Virus record (IMG/VR): IMGVR_UViG_3300033485_000001
Span: 1-64,000 of that record
DNA: 64,000 bases
Direction: 5' to 3' (one strand)
Source of the DNA: a virus
In this document: piece after piece, positions 45,592 to 54,207 of the stretch
Layout of the letters: the number at the start of each line of letters is the position of its first letter
Numbering within the stretch: position 1 is the first letter of the stretch
The notes under the pieces: generated by a model
Database searches by the model: none
What the model saw: the letters and a program-made list of their open reading frames with translations, nothing else
What the model was told of the DNA's origin: nothing
Made by a program: the position numbers and the translations under genes

Positions 45592-46434
45592 ATGCAAGAG
45601 GACAACAGCGGTTCCCCTCCGATGAGTCCAACTCAGGCGGCGAAGGCAAAGGCGCAGGGCCAGATGCAGAGAGGCGGGGGAGCTCCGGTGGTGCAGAAGG
45701 GGCCGGCGCAGGTCCAGATGCAGCCGCCCCCGCAGCCCAAGGGTCCGCAGGGCGTCTCGATGCAGCAGCTGGCGAGCCAGCTCCGCCCGGAGTCGAACAA
45801 GCAGGCAAGGTCCCCAGAGGAGATCCAGGCGGACATGCAGCGTCTGGCCGAGGGCATCAAGCGCCACGAGGTCGCCGCCAAGGGTGACGAGGAGCCCGAA
45901 GCCGAGGAGAAGAAGTCGGACGACGACGACGGGGACAACCTCCACGAGTGGCTCTCCGAGCCGAGCACGATGGATCTCTTCAACAACGCCCGCTACAAGA
46001 AGAAGGTGGAGTCCCACCTCGAGAAGATGGACGTGGAGAGCCTCATCATGCACGGCGAGGTCCTCCAGTTCGTCCCGATCCTCATGAAGAAGGGCAGCCC
46101 GCAGCCTCGCATCTCGGCGACCTTCAGGTCGGTCTCCGCCATGGAGGACCTGGCCATCAAGAAGAGGTTCTACGACGAGGAGGGTCCCGATCGGTTCATG
46201 ATCGATCGGTACTCTTTGATGAACCTCTGCATCGGGCTGAAGTCCCTGAACGGCACCGAGCAGCCGCCGCACCTCGACGAGAACGGCAAGTTCGACGACG
46301 CCGGCTTCAAGAAGAAGTTCGAGAAGCTGCTCAAGATGCCACACCAGCTCCTCGCACTCCTGGTCGTCAACTACATCTGGTTCGACGAGCGGGTGCGGAA
46401 GCTCCTCGTCGCGGACGAGTTGGGAAATGGTTAG
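45592..46434 (+). CDS. putative tail assembly chaperone (G-like)
   Basis: ends at a G GGA AAT slippery site; Gln/Pro-rich N-terminus. Confidence 0.6.
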   Translation: MQEDNSGSPPMSPTQAAKAKAQGQMQRGGGAPVVQKGPAQVQMQPPPQPKGPQGVSMQQLASQLRPESNKQARSPEEIQADMQRLAEGIKRHEVAAKGDEEPEAEEKKSDDDDGDNLHEWLSEPSTMDLFNNARYKKKVESHLEKMDVESLIMHGEVLQFVPILMKKGSPQPRISATFRSVSAMEDLAIKKRFYDEEGPDRFMIDRYSLMNLCIGLKSLNGTEQPPHLDENGKFDDAGFKKKFEKLLKMPHQLLALLVVNYIWFDERVRKLLVADELGNG

Positions 46435-46445
46435 CGACCCCGCTA
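46422..46445 (+). other. programmed -1 ribosomal frameshift signal
   Basis: X XXY YYZ heptamer GGGAAAT 46422-46428 in the correct frame; TAGCG-ACCC-CGCTA hairpin 3 nt downstream. Confidence 0.7.
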
Positions 46446-46850
46446 GGCTGGGCGCGGGCCAACGTCATCTACGACAAGATGGTGGGTCCGCCCGAACCGG
46501 GGTCCGTCATGGAGGCCCTCTGCTTGATGGTGCAGATACGCCGCGAGCTGAAGGAGCTCTATGCCACCCACGCCGTTGTCCAGGCGGTGTGGACGTCTCG
46601 ACATCCAGACAACGAGGACACCGGAGACGGAGTCCGATCGTCGTTCGAGTCCTACAAGAACGCGCTGATGCCCTATCTGAAGAACGAGATCAAGAGGGAG
46701 CACGACAAGATCGTTGAGGCCATGAACGAGGAAGCACGAAGAGGCCCGATGGTGGTAACGGCGATCGCTCCGATGAGAGTGAGCAGCAAGCTCCGTCAGC
46801 GTGTGCTCAAGGAGGTCAACCAGCCTCCGGTCCGGAGGAAGGGATGGTGA
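46422..46850 (+). CDS. -1 frameshift extension (T-like part of a G-T fusion, about 419 aa total)
   Basis: -1 frame open from GGG AAA TGG to 46850; no strong RBS of its own. Confidence 0.6.
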   Translation, partial: GKWLATPLGWARANVIYDKMVGPPEPGSVMEALCLMVQIRRELKELYATHAVVQAVWTSRHPDNEDTGDGVRSSFESYKNALMPYLKNEIKREHDKIVEAMNEEARRGPMVVTAIAPMRVSSKLRQRVLKEVNQPPVRRKGW

Positions 46851-47179
46851 TCTGTCCCCACTGCGCCTACCCTTACGTGGGTGGCGCGAACGTCATCGCC
46901 GAGCGTGACGTGACCTGTAGCCGGTGCAACTGGTCCGGGTCGTCGTCGAAGTTGCTCATCGTGGACGACGACAAGGTCCTTGACCCACGAGTGTTCGACG
47001 AGCTCTACAAGTTCCTCCACAAGGAGATCGCCCCCATCGTCGGCAGGACCCTGATGCAGCTCAAGCTCGTGTCAGTGGATCAGAACCCCGAGAACATCCA
47101 CCGGGTCGGGACGATCCTGCGTGACTACACGGGGGCTGGATTCGAGGCCATCGTTCGAGGAGTGCTGACAGATGGATGA
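46844..47179 (+). CDS. zinc-ribbon protein
   Basis: CPHC...CSRC. Confidence 0.65.
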   Translation: MVICPHCAYPYVGGANVIAERDVTCSRCNWSGSSSKLLIVDDDKVLDPRVFDELYKFLHKEIAPIVGRTLMQLKLVSVDQNPENIHRVGTILRDYTGAGFEAIVRGVLTDG

Positions 47180-47417
47180 GCCGAAGATCGTTCTACCGAA
47201 CCCGCCGCGCAGCACGTACTGCTGGCTGCACAGCGATCGCCTGTGCTCCGGGGACTGCGAGGCGTTCGATCCGTTCGCCGCTCAAGATGAGCAGGGAAAG
47301 AGGACAGCATGCAGACTGGTCAACAGCCTGGAGAGCCTGGGGAAGGCGTTCGTGACGATGGCCAGGTCAGGCAAGAAGATGCCGGGATCGGAGCTGAATC
47401 CCCCGAAGGTGACATAA
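47172..47417 (+). CDS. small Cys-containing protein
   Basis: CWL...C..DC...C. Confidence 0.6.
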   Translation: MDEPKIVLPNPPRSTYCWLHSDRLCSGDCEAFDPFAAQDEQGKRTACRLVNSLESLGKAFVTMARSGKKMPGSELNPPKVT

Positions 47418-47482
47418 TCTTCGGGATCATCAGCATCGGCTCTCATGACACGATCGGGTCAGGTGGTCGTCGCACGGGTTAC

Positions 47483-47887
47483 ATGATGGGGATCGTGGAT
47501 TCGGCCGGGCAGAAGTTCTACGTCGACATCCCCGAGAGCACCTACCGGGACTTGGTGGGCATCTACGCCGTGACCGTCCAGAAGTTCCAGGACGTCTCGA
47601 TGGGTGTCTCTCGCCCAGAGCAGCCGACCGTGGTGCCGCCGTCAGAGGAATCTCCGACTGGGACGCCGGCGGAGGTGGAGCAGATGCGTCGCATGATGCT
47701 GGAGGCCACGCAAGCTGCCAGTCCCGACGACGTCATGAAGAAGCTCGGCTTCGTGTCGGACGACGTGATGCAGCAGCCAGTGGCTACCTCGGATCCGGTG
47801 GAGGACCTGCTCGCGATGGCCTCCGACGATGAGGATTACGAGGACCCTGGTGAGGGGAGCTTCACTGAGGATGTGGAGGAGATCTGA
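47483..47887 (+). CDS. acidic hypothetical protein
   Basis: start uncertain. Confidence 0.6.
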   Translation: MMGIVDSAGQKFYVDIPESTYRDLVGIYAVTVQKFQDVSMGVSRPEQPTVVPPSEESPTGTPAEVEQMRRMMLEATQAASPDDVMKKLGFVSDDVMQQPVATSDPVEDLLAMASDDEDYEDPGEGSFTEDVEEI

Positions 47888-48300
47888 TGATCGGCGTCTG
47901 GGGCTTTCAGTGCCAGCACTGCTACGCCGTGTTCCACCTGACCTACGGTGAGGGCGACGTGGCCATCCTCGAGAGCCTCGTCGAGGACGGCAAGTGCTTG
48001 CGCTGCGGGCACGACCTGCGGGTCATGCTTGCGCCTCCGGCCGGGACCGTCGTGTACGAGGAGTTCGAGGCGAACGAGTACTGGAACAGGATCAACGGTT
48101 TGGGTTCCAAGGCAGAGCGGGTCTGGGGCTGCGAGAAGGTGCGCGGGCTCCTGCTGGAGCATCGCGTGGTCGGTTGCGACCTCGTGGAGTCCGAGACCCA
48201 CAGGTGCGTCATCAGGAGCCTGAAGCTGGAATCGGGTCACGTGTTGCACTTCGCCATTGGATTCGGCGAAGCGGTGATCTACAGGATCACGGAGGAGTAG
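47887..48300 (+). CDS. zinc-ribbon protein
   Basis: CQHC...CLRC; GGAGG RBS. Confidence 0.65.
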   Translation: MIGVWGFQCQHCYAVFHLTYGEGDVAILESLVEDGKCLRCGHDLRVMLAPPAGTVVYEEFEANEYWNRINGLGSKAERVWGCEKVRGLLLEHRVVGCDLVESETHRCVIRSLKLESGHVLHFAIGFGEAVIYRITEE

Positions 48301-48304
48301 GATC

Positions 48305-48634
48305 ATGGCCGGAAGAGTGACGGACTACGAGAGCAACTACGACGAGGCGGTCACCCCCAAGACGCTGCACGGCATCAAGGAGGTGAAGATGCTCATCATC
48401 CAGTGCGCCAACAACGAGGGTCGGACGCAGGTCCTCATGGGCATCGAGGTGGAGCCCGGCGACATCCGGACCTTCCCCGAGAAGACCTGGGACCAGCTCG
48501 GAAAGCCGAGCGCCTGGCTCATGGAACAGATCAACGAGCAGTACTACGGTCGGCAGCCCGCGACGCCGACGGCGACACCGCAGGTGGTCAAGAAGGCGCC
48601 GCCGGCTCCGGTCAAGATGGACGGCGCAGTCTGA
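48305..48634 (+). CDS. hypothetical protein
   Basis: 109-aa ORF. Confidence 0.65.
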   Translation: MAGRVTDYESNYDEAVTPKTLHGIKEVKMLIIQCANNEGRTQVLMGIEVEPGDIRTFPEKTWDQLGKPSAWLMEQINEQYYGRQPATPTATPQVVKKAPPAPVKMDGAV

Positions 48635-48644
48635 GGAGGTTGGG

Positions 48645-48956
48645 ATGGACGTCAGGCCGACAGGAGACTGGATCCTGGTGGACCCGAACCCGGACGAGAG
48701 CGTCTCGGAAGGTGGGATCATCTTCCCTGGCGACGCGAGAAGGACCGTGGTGAAGACCGGGGTCGTCAAGGCGGTGGGGTCGGGGAGAGCCAACAAGAAG
48801 GGCGTGCGGATCCCGCCTGATGTGAAGGTCGGCGACACCGTTGCCTACGTCTTCGCCCTTGAGAAGACGCACACGGGCGAGAGCATCAAGCTGCACCTCG
48901 GGACGGACGAGTTCATGATCAGGGAGCAGGATGTCCTCTACGTCGTCGAGCAGTAG
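48645..48956 (+). CDS. groES: co-chaperonin GroES (Cpn10)
   Basis: RPTGDWILV...SEGGII.P...G.V.AVGSG...VKVGDTV...IREQDVL. Confidence 0.9.
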   Translation: MDVRPTGDWILVDPNPDESVSEGGIIFPGDARRTVVKTGVVKAVGSGRANKKGVRIPPDVKVGDTVAYVFALEKTHTGESIKLHLGTDEFMIREQDVLYVVEQ

Positions 48957-49122
48957 CAGGAAGGTCCGACTGAGCTGTCGGATGGACGAGGGCCTGATGA
49001 TCTGGGTTCAGTGGTACGCGCAGCAGCGCGGAGTCACCGTCACCCAGATCATCAAGGAACACTTCCAGGAGCTGCGCGAGGAGTACTCGAGGCTGCACCG
49101 TAGAGAGGTAGATCAGATCTGA
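48931..49122 (+). CDS. ribbon-helix-helix DNA-binding protein
   Basis: VRLSCRMDEGLMIWVQWYAQQRGVTVTQII matches the Arc/CopG pattern. Confidence 0.65.
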   Translation: MSSTSSSSSRKVRLSCRMDEGLMIWVQWYAQQRGVTVTQIIKEHFQELREEYSRLHRREVDQI

Positions 49123-49697
49123 TGCCGACGAACTACGAGGAAGTGAAGCGCAACTTCGACATCCCGGCAGGGTCCACCCAGGATGACATCGCCGACATGA
49201 TCCGAGCGATTCTCAGCACCAGAGCTGTGGTTCGGAAGGTGGTCCTCGAGGTCACCCCCGGTCAGGACAGGCAGGGGAGGATCTCGGTGGACATGCTGGT
49301 GCCAAAGATCGGTCCGCCGGACGGGGAGCTTCTGGAGCCCGACCCAGAGAACCTCTGGCAGCTGATGGCTAGGATCCCCATCAACTCCGTCAGCTTGAAG
49401 AAGGTGAAGATGCGGGTCCCGGCGGTCATGCGGTCGGTGGCTCTGGTCATGCAGGCCGCGCTCGACACGTCCTCGGAAGCTCGCAGCCCAGTGGGGTGGA
49501 TGATCAACGAGGACCCCACCACCTTCCTGCGGTGGCTTGGGGTTCGAGTCGAAGCCGTCCCGTCGGTGTTCATGAACCTTCCCCTGCTCCGCGTGCCCTT
49601 CGTGGAGGCGGATAGGCTGGTGCTCCTCTGCGCCAGAAGTAGGAAGATGGACCCCATCCGCAGTGAGCGCGGGTTGGTGCTCATGATGGAGGTCTGA
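49122..49697 (+). CDS. hypothetical protein
   Basis: TGATG coupling. Confidence 0.7.
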   Translation: MPTNYEEVKRNFDIPAGSTQDDIADMIRAILSTRAVVRKVVLEVTPGQDRQGRISVDMLVPKIGPPDGELLEPDPENLWQLMARIPINSVSLKKVKMRVPAVMRSVALVMQAALDTSSEARSPVGWMINEDPTTFLRWLGVRVEAVPSVFMNLPLLRVPFVEADRLVLLCARSRKMDPIRSERGLVLMMEV

Positions 49698-49698
49698 C

Positions 49699-49992
49699 GT
49701 GGCAAGGAAGATCGTCTGTTCGATCTACGAAGAGCGTCCGGAGATGTGCAAGAACTATCCGCAGGCTGACGGCAGGTACGTCCCACCGTCGTGTGGATTC
49801 TTCTTCCCAGGAGATGGGACTCGTCGTGGCGAGTGCGACCCGGAGTGCGAGGCCGCCTGCTGTCGACTACCGAGACAGGGAGGTGAGCCTCTCGGGCTGC
49901 CGCTCGAGGAGTACCTGGGCGGCCTCCCGTGCAAGCACCTCGATCTGAAAGAGGAAGAGGACGAGGATGTCGAAGAGGAAGAGGAAGGATAA
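49699..49992 (+). CDS. YkgJ-like Cys-rich protein with acidic tail
   Basis: CSIYEERPEMCKNYP; CEAACC. Confidence 0.6.
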   Translation: MARKIVCSIYEERPEMCKNYPQADGRYVPPSCGFFFPGDGTRRGECDPECEAACCRLPRQGGEPLGLPLEEYLGGLPCKHLDLKEEEDEDVEEEEEG

Positions 49993-50542
49993 CGGCGTAC
50001 CCGACGAGACCGTCGCAGACGATCTCAAGGCGGCGCTGGCCAGCCTTCCGAAGACCGAGGTGCTCGACCACGGGATCAACAGGGACCGCGTGAGAATCCT
50101 CATGCGGATCCACGAGGACTCGACGTGGCTTCCAGTCCTCAAGCTGATCTTGCGTGAAGAGCGCCGCCAGAGCGGGACCGAGAAGTCGTGGTCCGTCCAC
50201 GTGTGCCGCCAGTTCATGCTCCGACCGGACAACGACGAGAAGCTCGGGTTCGCCTGGAACTTCATCCTGCGCAGCAGCTTCAGCCTCCGTGAGGCTGTGA
50301 CGGACATCTGTCGCGTGATCGATGTCGCCAAGAACGCGGTCACGTTCGAGGACAAGGCTCCACCACGCAGGCCGGGTGTCATTCCGCAGAAGCGGAAGCC
50401 GCTCAAGGAGGGTGTGGCCCGAGCAGTGAGAGGTGAGCTTCGCGAATATCCGCTCATGGCTAGGCCAGATCGGAACATGCCAGAGGTGGATCTCTTCGCT
50501 CCGCAAGGGAAGCGAAAGGGCGCTCACCTCATCGGAGGTTGA
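49967..50542 (+). CDS. hypothetical protein
   Basis: GAGG RBS. Confidence 0.7.
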   Translation: MSKRKRKDNGVPDETVADDLKAALASLPKTEVLDHGINRDRVRILMRIHEDSTWLPVLKLILREERRQSGTEKSWSVHVCRQFMLRPDNDEKLGFAWNFILRSSFSLREAVTDICRVIDVAKNAVTFEDKAPPRRPGVIPQKRKPLKEGVARAVRGELREYPLMARPDRNMPEVDLFAPQGKRKGAHLIGG

Positions 50543-51279
50543 CGATGGACTTCTTCGGACCCAAGCAGCAGAAGATCCTCGAGGCAGCGAGGACCGCCCA
50601 GGATGATCCTTCCAAGCTCCTGCCACACGAGAGGAAGCTCCTCGCAGAAGCCGGTCTGGATCTGCAAGCCGTTACCCGCCCACTCACGGCCGAGGAGCGG
50701 GAGGCCGTCGAGAAGAAGCGTCTGGCCATCAAGTCCCTGCTGACCGAGGACACGACGCTGCGAGCCAAGTTCAAGATCGAAATCATGTGCGGCTCGGACC
50801 GCTCGGTCGAGAAGCCCTTCCGTGGATCCATCGTCATCTTCCGAAGCGGCACGGCGCTGCACGGCGGCGGTGACGAGGTCGTCTACCCCTGCGTGGATCC
50901 ACTCTGCCCAGGGTTCATCCCACCCGAGCTCATCATGTCGGCGGTGAGGAAGGCCGGCTGCCCGAAGTGTCAGAGGATCTGGAATCAAGATCAGCTCAAG
51001 GAGATGTTCCTCGCCATCCTGCCGGCGCAGAAGTGGGCCTACGTCCTGTCGAGGTTCTTCGTCCGCCTCGGTCACGACGCGGACCTCTACCTCAAGGGAG
51101 CGCCTATCGACATCAGAAAGAACACGGCGCTCGAGAAGGAGAAAGATCACGGCGGGGTGCAGCTTGCAGTTGCGCGAACGCATCGTCAGCCGGTAATCTA
51201 TCCGTTGGACAGGATCTACAAGGACCTCAGCAACGGAGCGGACCTTGAAGCTCGCTTCAGGTCCTTCGTGACGGCGTGA
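50539..51279 (+). CDS. hypothetical zinc-finger protein
   Basis: C....C...CPKC; GGAGG RBS. Confidence 0.7.
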   Translation: MTMDFFGPKQQKILEAARTAQDDPSKLLPHERKLLAEAGLDLQAVTRPLTAEEREAVEKKRLAIKSLLTEDTTLRAKFKIEIMCGSDRSVEKPFRGSIVIFRSGTALHGGGDEVVYPCVDPLCPGFIPPELIMSAVRKAGCPKCQRIWNQDQLKEMFLAILPAQKWAYVLSRFFVRLGHDADLYLKGAPIDIRKNTALEKEKDHGGVQLAVARTHRQPVIYPLDRIYKDLSNGADLEARFRSFVTA

Positions 51280-51593
51280 AGATGAGCACTCTCAAGCAGA
51301 TCATGGAACGCATCGAGACGCTACGTGCGAAGCGTGAGCTGATCGATGCCGTGAAGGAGTGGGTGAACAAGAGCTTCACCGGGAACACTTCGATCAGCGG
51401 ACGTGTCATCACGGCCGAGATCATCGATGAGATGCTCGTCGACATCGACAGTGCGCTCACGGCTGCTGTCGACGAGGAGTTGATGACGCTGGAGTCCATG
51501 GAGGTCCAGAATGGGAAAGGCGCGAAGGGGTCTGAGGGGCGGTCCAAACCCGCAAAAGCTCGAAGCTCGCGAGCTGGCAAAGCGAGCTCTTGA
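51276..51593 (+). CDS. helical hypothetical protein
   Basis: GTGA coupling. Confidence 0.6.
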   Translation: MKMSTLKQIMERIETLRAKRELIDAVKEWVNKSFTGNTSISGRVITAEIIDEMLVDIDSALTAAVDEELMTLESMEVQNGKGAKGSEGRSKPAKARSSRAGKASS

Positions 51594-52041
51594 TGTCGTA
51601 GGAGCTGTCGAGAAGAAGCTGATCGGGTTCATCCAGGGGTTCCAGCAGAACCTGAACCAGATCTACATGAACCAGAAGGCGATCGGGGACATGTGCTACA
51701 CGAACAACGTGCACGCCACGATCCTCCGCCAGGTCATGTTCGACAAGGGGCTCCTCACCGAGCAGGAGTACCACGAGCGGGTCGAGAAGGAGTTGGCCGT
51801 CCGCGATGCGATCCAGAAGAAGCAGGCGGAAGAGGCGGCGCAGGCCGCTGAGGAGCTAAAGAAGAAGCAGGCGGAGGAAGCAGCCGCGAAGGTCGCGGAA
51901 GCTGCGCCTGCCCCTTCACAGGAGCCAGTCGAGGAGCCCAAGGTCTTCGGCGGGGATTTCGGAACGGAGGAAGCGGATGGGCAAGCTGCACAAGGAGAAC
52001 AAGGACACCTCGAAGATCAGGTGCCCTCACTGCAAGAGTGA
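51511..52041 (+). CDS. coiled-coil hypothetical protein
   Basis: GGAGG RBS. Confidence 0.65.
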   Translation: MGKARRGLRGGPNPQKLEARELAKRALDVVGAVEKKLIGFIQGFQQNLNQIYMNQKAIGDMCYTNNVHATILRQVMFDKGLLTEQEYHERVEKELAVRDAIQKKQAEEAAQAAEELKKKQAEEAAAKVAEAAPAPSQEPVEEPKVFGGDFGTEEADGQAAQGEQGHLEDQVPSLQE

Positions 52042-52126
52042 GACGGCCACCAAGCGACTCGTGGAGGGAAGGCTGATCCTGTACTGTGCGCGGTGTCGAG
52101 GCACGTTCAAGACCACCCCGATCTAG
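51977..52126 (+). CDS. 49-aa zinc-ribbon protein (not in ORF track)
   Basis: MGKLHKENKDTSKIRCPHCKSETATKRLVEGRLILYCARCRGTFKTTPI; GGAGG 6 nt upstream. Confidence 0.65.
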   Translation: MGKLHKENKDTSKIRCPHCKSETATKRLVEGRLILYCARCRGTFKTTPI

Positions 52127-53457
52127 GGCAGCCGCTCGTCGAAGGCTTCGTGAGCGGACTTGTCAGGATGCCACTCGAGGAAGATAGGAGCCGTGAGCGC
52201 GTTCGTGTCGTCACCCTCGGCGATGAAGGTGCGCGACTCGTACTTGATCCGGGCCACGCCGACGATACCCCGGTGATTCGCGGCACGGCGGAGGACGTAG
52301 GCTCGCTGCTCCTCGGTGAACCCAGAGCCGCAGTTGCAGATGTAGTGCAGCGCCCCGCTTCCGCCGTACTGGTAGAGCGCGACCACACCAGGCAGCTCCT
52401 TCAGGCGGCCCTTGCCGTAGCGACCTGCGTTGCGACCATCGTGGCTCCATGCGCCGTCGGGATCGAACACGACCAGGAAGTCTCCTTCCTGGATCGGTTT
52501 CCACTTCCACGCCTCGGGGCGTTCCTCGCGGCCACGGAAGTTCACCACAGCCTCCCCGAAGACAGCCTCGCCATCGTAGACCACGAGGCCCTCGAGATTC
52601 TCCTCGTTGACCATCTCCATCAGCCCGTCCAGCGTTCCGGTCATCGTGGCCATCACGTCGAGGTACTGGAACCGGCGCGTGCCGATGCGCCGATACATGA
52701 AGTCGATCCACTCCTTGACCGGCATCTCGGACATGATCGAGAGGCCGTTCCAGTAGGGGATCCCGAGCACGATAGCCTTCGGCCTGCGGAACGGATCCTC
52801 CTGGAGAAGTCGAGCCCTCTCGGGCAGGCTGCGGTCCAGGGTCTGCACCAGCCTTCGGTTGTCCTTCCCGCCCTCTTCGACCACGAGCTCGGTGAGGAGG
52901 ACCGTCTGCGGTGGAAGACCAGCCTTCGTGATCTCCCGGACGAGGTACGGGTACTTGTCCGTGCAGGGATCCATCCTTCGCGTGAAGACCCTGACCATCC
53001 CCTCCTCGTCGACGAAGATGGGGTGCATCATCCCGTCCCGCTTGATCGTGTAGATCGCGCGTCCGGAGTCGATGACCTCCTGAAGCGCGGCCATCTCCTT
53101 GGTGTCCGGTTCGGGCTGATGACGGCACTTCATGAACCTCACGTTCTTCGCCGGGTTCGCGAAGTCCAGGTCGTCAGCTCGTCGCGACTCGATGATCTCC
53201 CCAGTCTTCGGGTCGATTTCCTGATATCCGAGCCTGTCGATCTTGTCTCGAATGTGACGCTCGGAGACAAGGATTGCTTGGGTCTTGGCGTCCTTGAAAC
53301 CCTTTGTCCCGAACTTCCCAACCGATCCTGGGCGGTCATGGGTCTGCTTCATGCGACCACCGGCGACCCCACTTTCCATGTAGACGATCTCGCCGTCCAC
53401 CCAGATACGCCACTCGAGCGGGTTCACCTTCCCGCTCTGCCTGAACACTCTTGGCAT
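52123..53457 (-). CDS. lig: ATP-dependent DNA ligase with WGR-like N-terminal domain
   Basis: motif I IKRDG, EGLVV, KWKP, OB-fold CGSGFTEEQR, PIF.EW.PDK. Confidence 0.85.
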   Translation of the reverse strand: MPRVFRQSGKVNPLEWRIWVDGEIVYMESGVAGGRMKQTHDRPGSVGKFGTKGFKDAKTQAILVSERHIRDKIDRLGYQEIDPKTGEIIESRRADDLDFANPAKNVRFMKCRHQPEPDTKEMAALQEVIDSGRAIYTIKRDGMMHPIFVDEEGMVRVFTRRMDPCTDKYPYLVREITKAGLPPQTVLLTELVVEEGGKDNRRLVQTLDRSLPERARLLQEDPFRRPKAIVLGIPYWNGLSIMSEMPVKEWIDFMYRRIGTRRFQYLDVMATMTGTLDGLMEMVNEENLEGLVVYDGEAVFGEAVVNFRGREERPEAWKWKPIQEGDFLVVFDPDGAWSHDGRNAGRYGKGRLKELPGVVALYQYGGSGALHYICNCGSGFTEEQRAYVLRRAANHRGIVGVARIKYESRTFIAEGDDTNALTAPIFLEWHPDKSAHEAFDERLP

Positions 53458-53489
53458 CGTCACCTCCTAACATCCATCGGGCCTGGACC

Positions 53490-53495
53490 CTTATA
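53490..53495 (-). promoter_or_regulatory. TATAAG motif upstream of ligase
   Basis: TGGTATAAGGGTCCA...TGGATGTTAGGAGG. Confidence 0.6.
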
Positions 53496-53512
53496 CCAGA
53501 GAGGAGATCGGA

Positions 53513-53731
53513 ATGAGCACCCCTGAGATCAAGATGACAGTCGAGAACATCGAGGGCGTCACCAGGCGCCAGGTCGTCGATGTCATCGTCGAGCAAGAGC
53601 TGAACCAGTTCGACAAATTCCTGACCGCGACCTTCGGCGGCACGCAGCCCATGGCCAGCTTCGAGCGGGCGATGGTGAAGAGCTACATCATGTGCAAGCT
53701 CGCCGAGCAGATCGCCAAGATGCCGGGCTAA
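53513..53731 (+). CDS. small hypothetical protein
   Basis: GAGGAG RBS. Confidence 0.65.
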   Translation: MSTPEIKMTVENIEGVTRRQVVDVIVEQELNQFDKFLTATFGGTQPMASFERAMVKSYIMCKLAEQIAKMPG

Positions 53732-53808
53732 AAAAGTCCGGGGTGCAGCCCGCGTTAGCGTTGCGTCTCGACGTTTCAGCTGCCCGAGGTCCTCAGTGAT
53801 CTTATACC
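53731..53808 (-). ncRNA. candidate small RNA (about 70 nt)
   Basis: TATAAG motif 53801-53806 with no ORF downstream; GGGCAGC/GCUGC-A-CCC stem and a UUUUU end. Confidence 0.35.
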
Positions 53809-53844
53809 CATCTAAGAAGTGGTCCTCTCGGGACCACCCCTCCC

Positions 53845-54186
53845 TCACTTCTTACCCTCCAGCTCCTTGATCCGCTTGATCAGAGCTCGGACGTCCTTCC
53901 GGTACTCGTCCATGACGTACCGGAGGTCTTCCTCCCCCTTGCGGATCCGGGCCAGGGCCTTCGTCTCGAGCCCCCTCAGCGCCTTGCGATGCTTGGCGTC
54001 GAGCTTCTCGAGCTTGGCCTTGGCCAGCTCCTTCTCCTGGATGCGAGCCAGGCTCACGGCCCGGCTCTCGGCCTGATCCCAGGTGTCCATCAGGACGTTC
54101 CCCCCGATGGATACCCAGCCCAGCCAGGAGCAGTCGGCGAAGAGCTGGAGGGAACTGCTCGTGAAATGGAGCGCGCTTTTCAGCAT
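53845..54186 (-). CDS. coiled-coil hypothetical protein
   Basis: AAAGGAGG RBS; TATAAG at 54208-54213. Confidence 0.7.
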   Translation of the reverse strand: MLKSALHFTSSSLQLFADCSWLGWVSIGGNVLMDTWDQAESRAVSLARIQEKELAKAKLEKLDAKHRKALRGLETKALARIRKGEEDLRYVMDEYRKDVRALIKRIKELEGKK

Positions 54187-54207
54187 AGCTCCCTCCTTTC
54201 TATTGAT

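Noticed and set aside
53735-53790. Hammerhead-like three-way junction
   Set aside because: Core reads CUGAAAC and CAA instead of CUGAnGA and GAAA, and the cleavage triplet is missing; kept only as an sRNA candidate.
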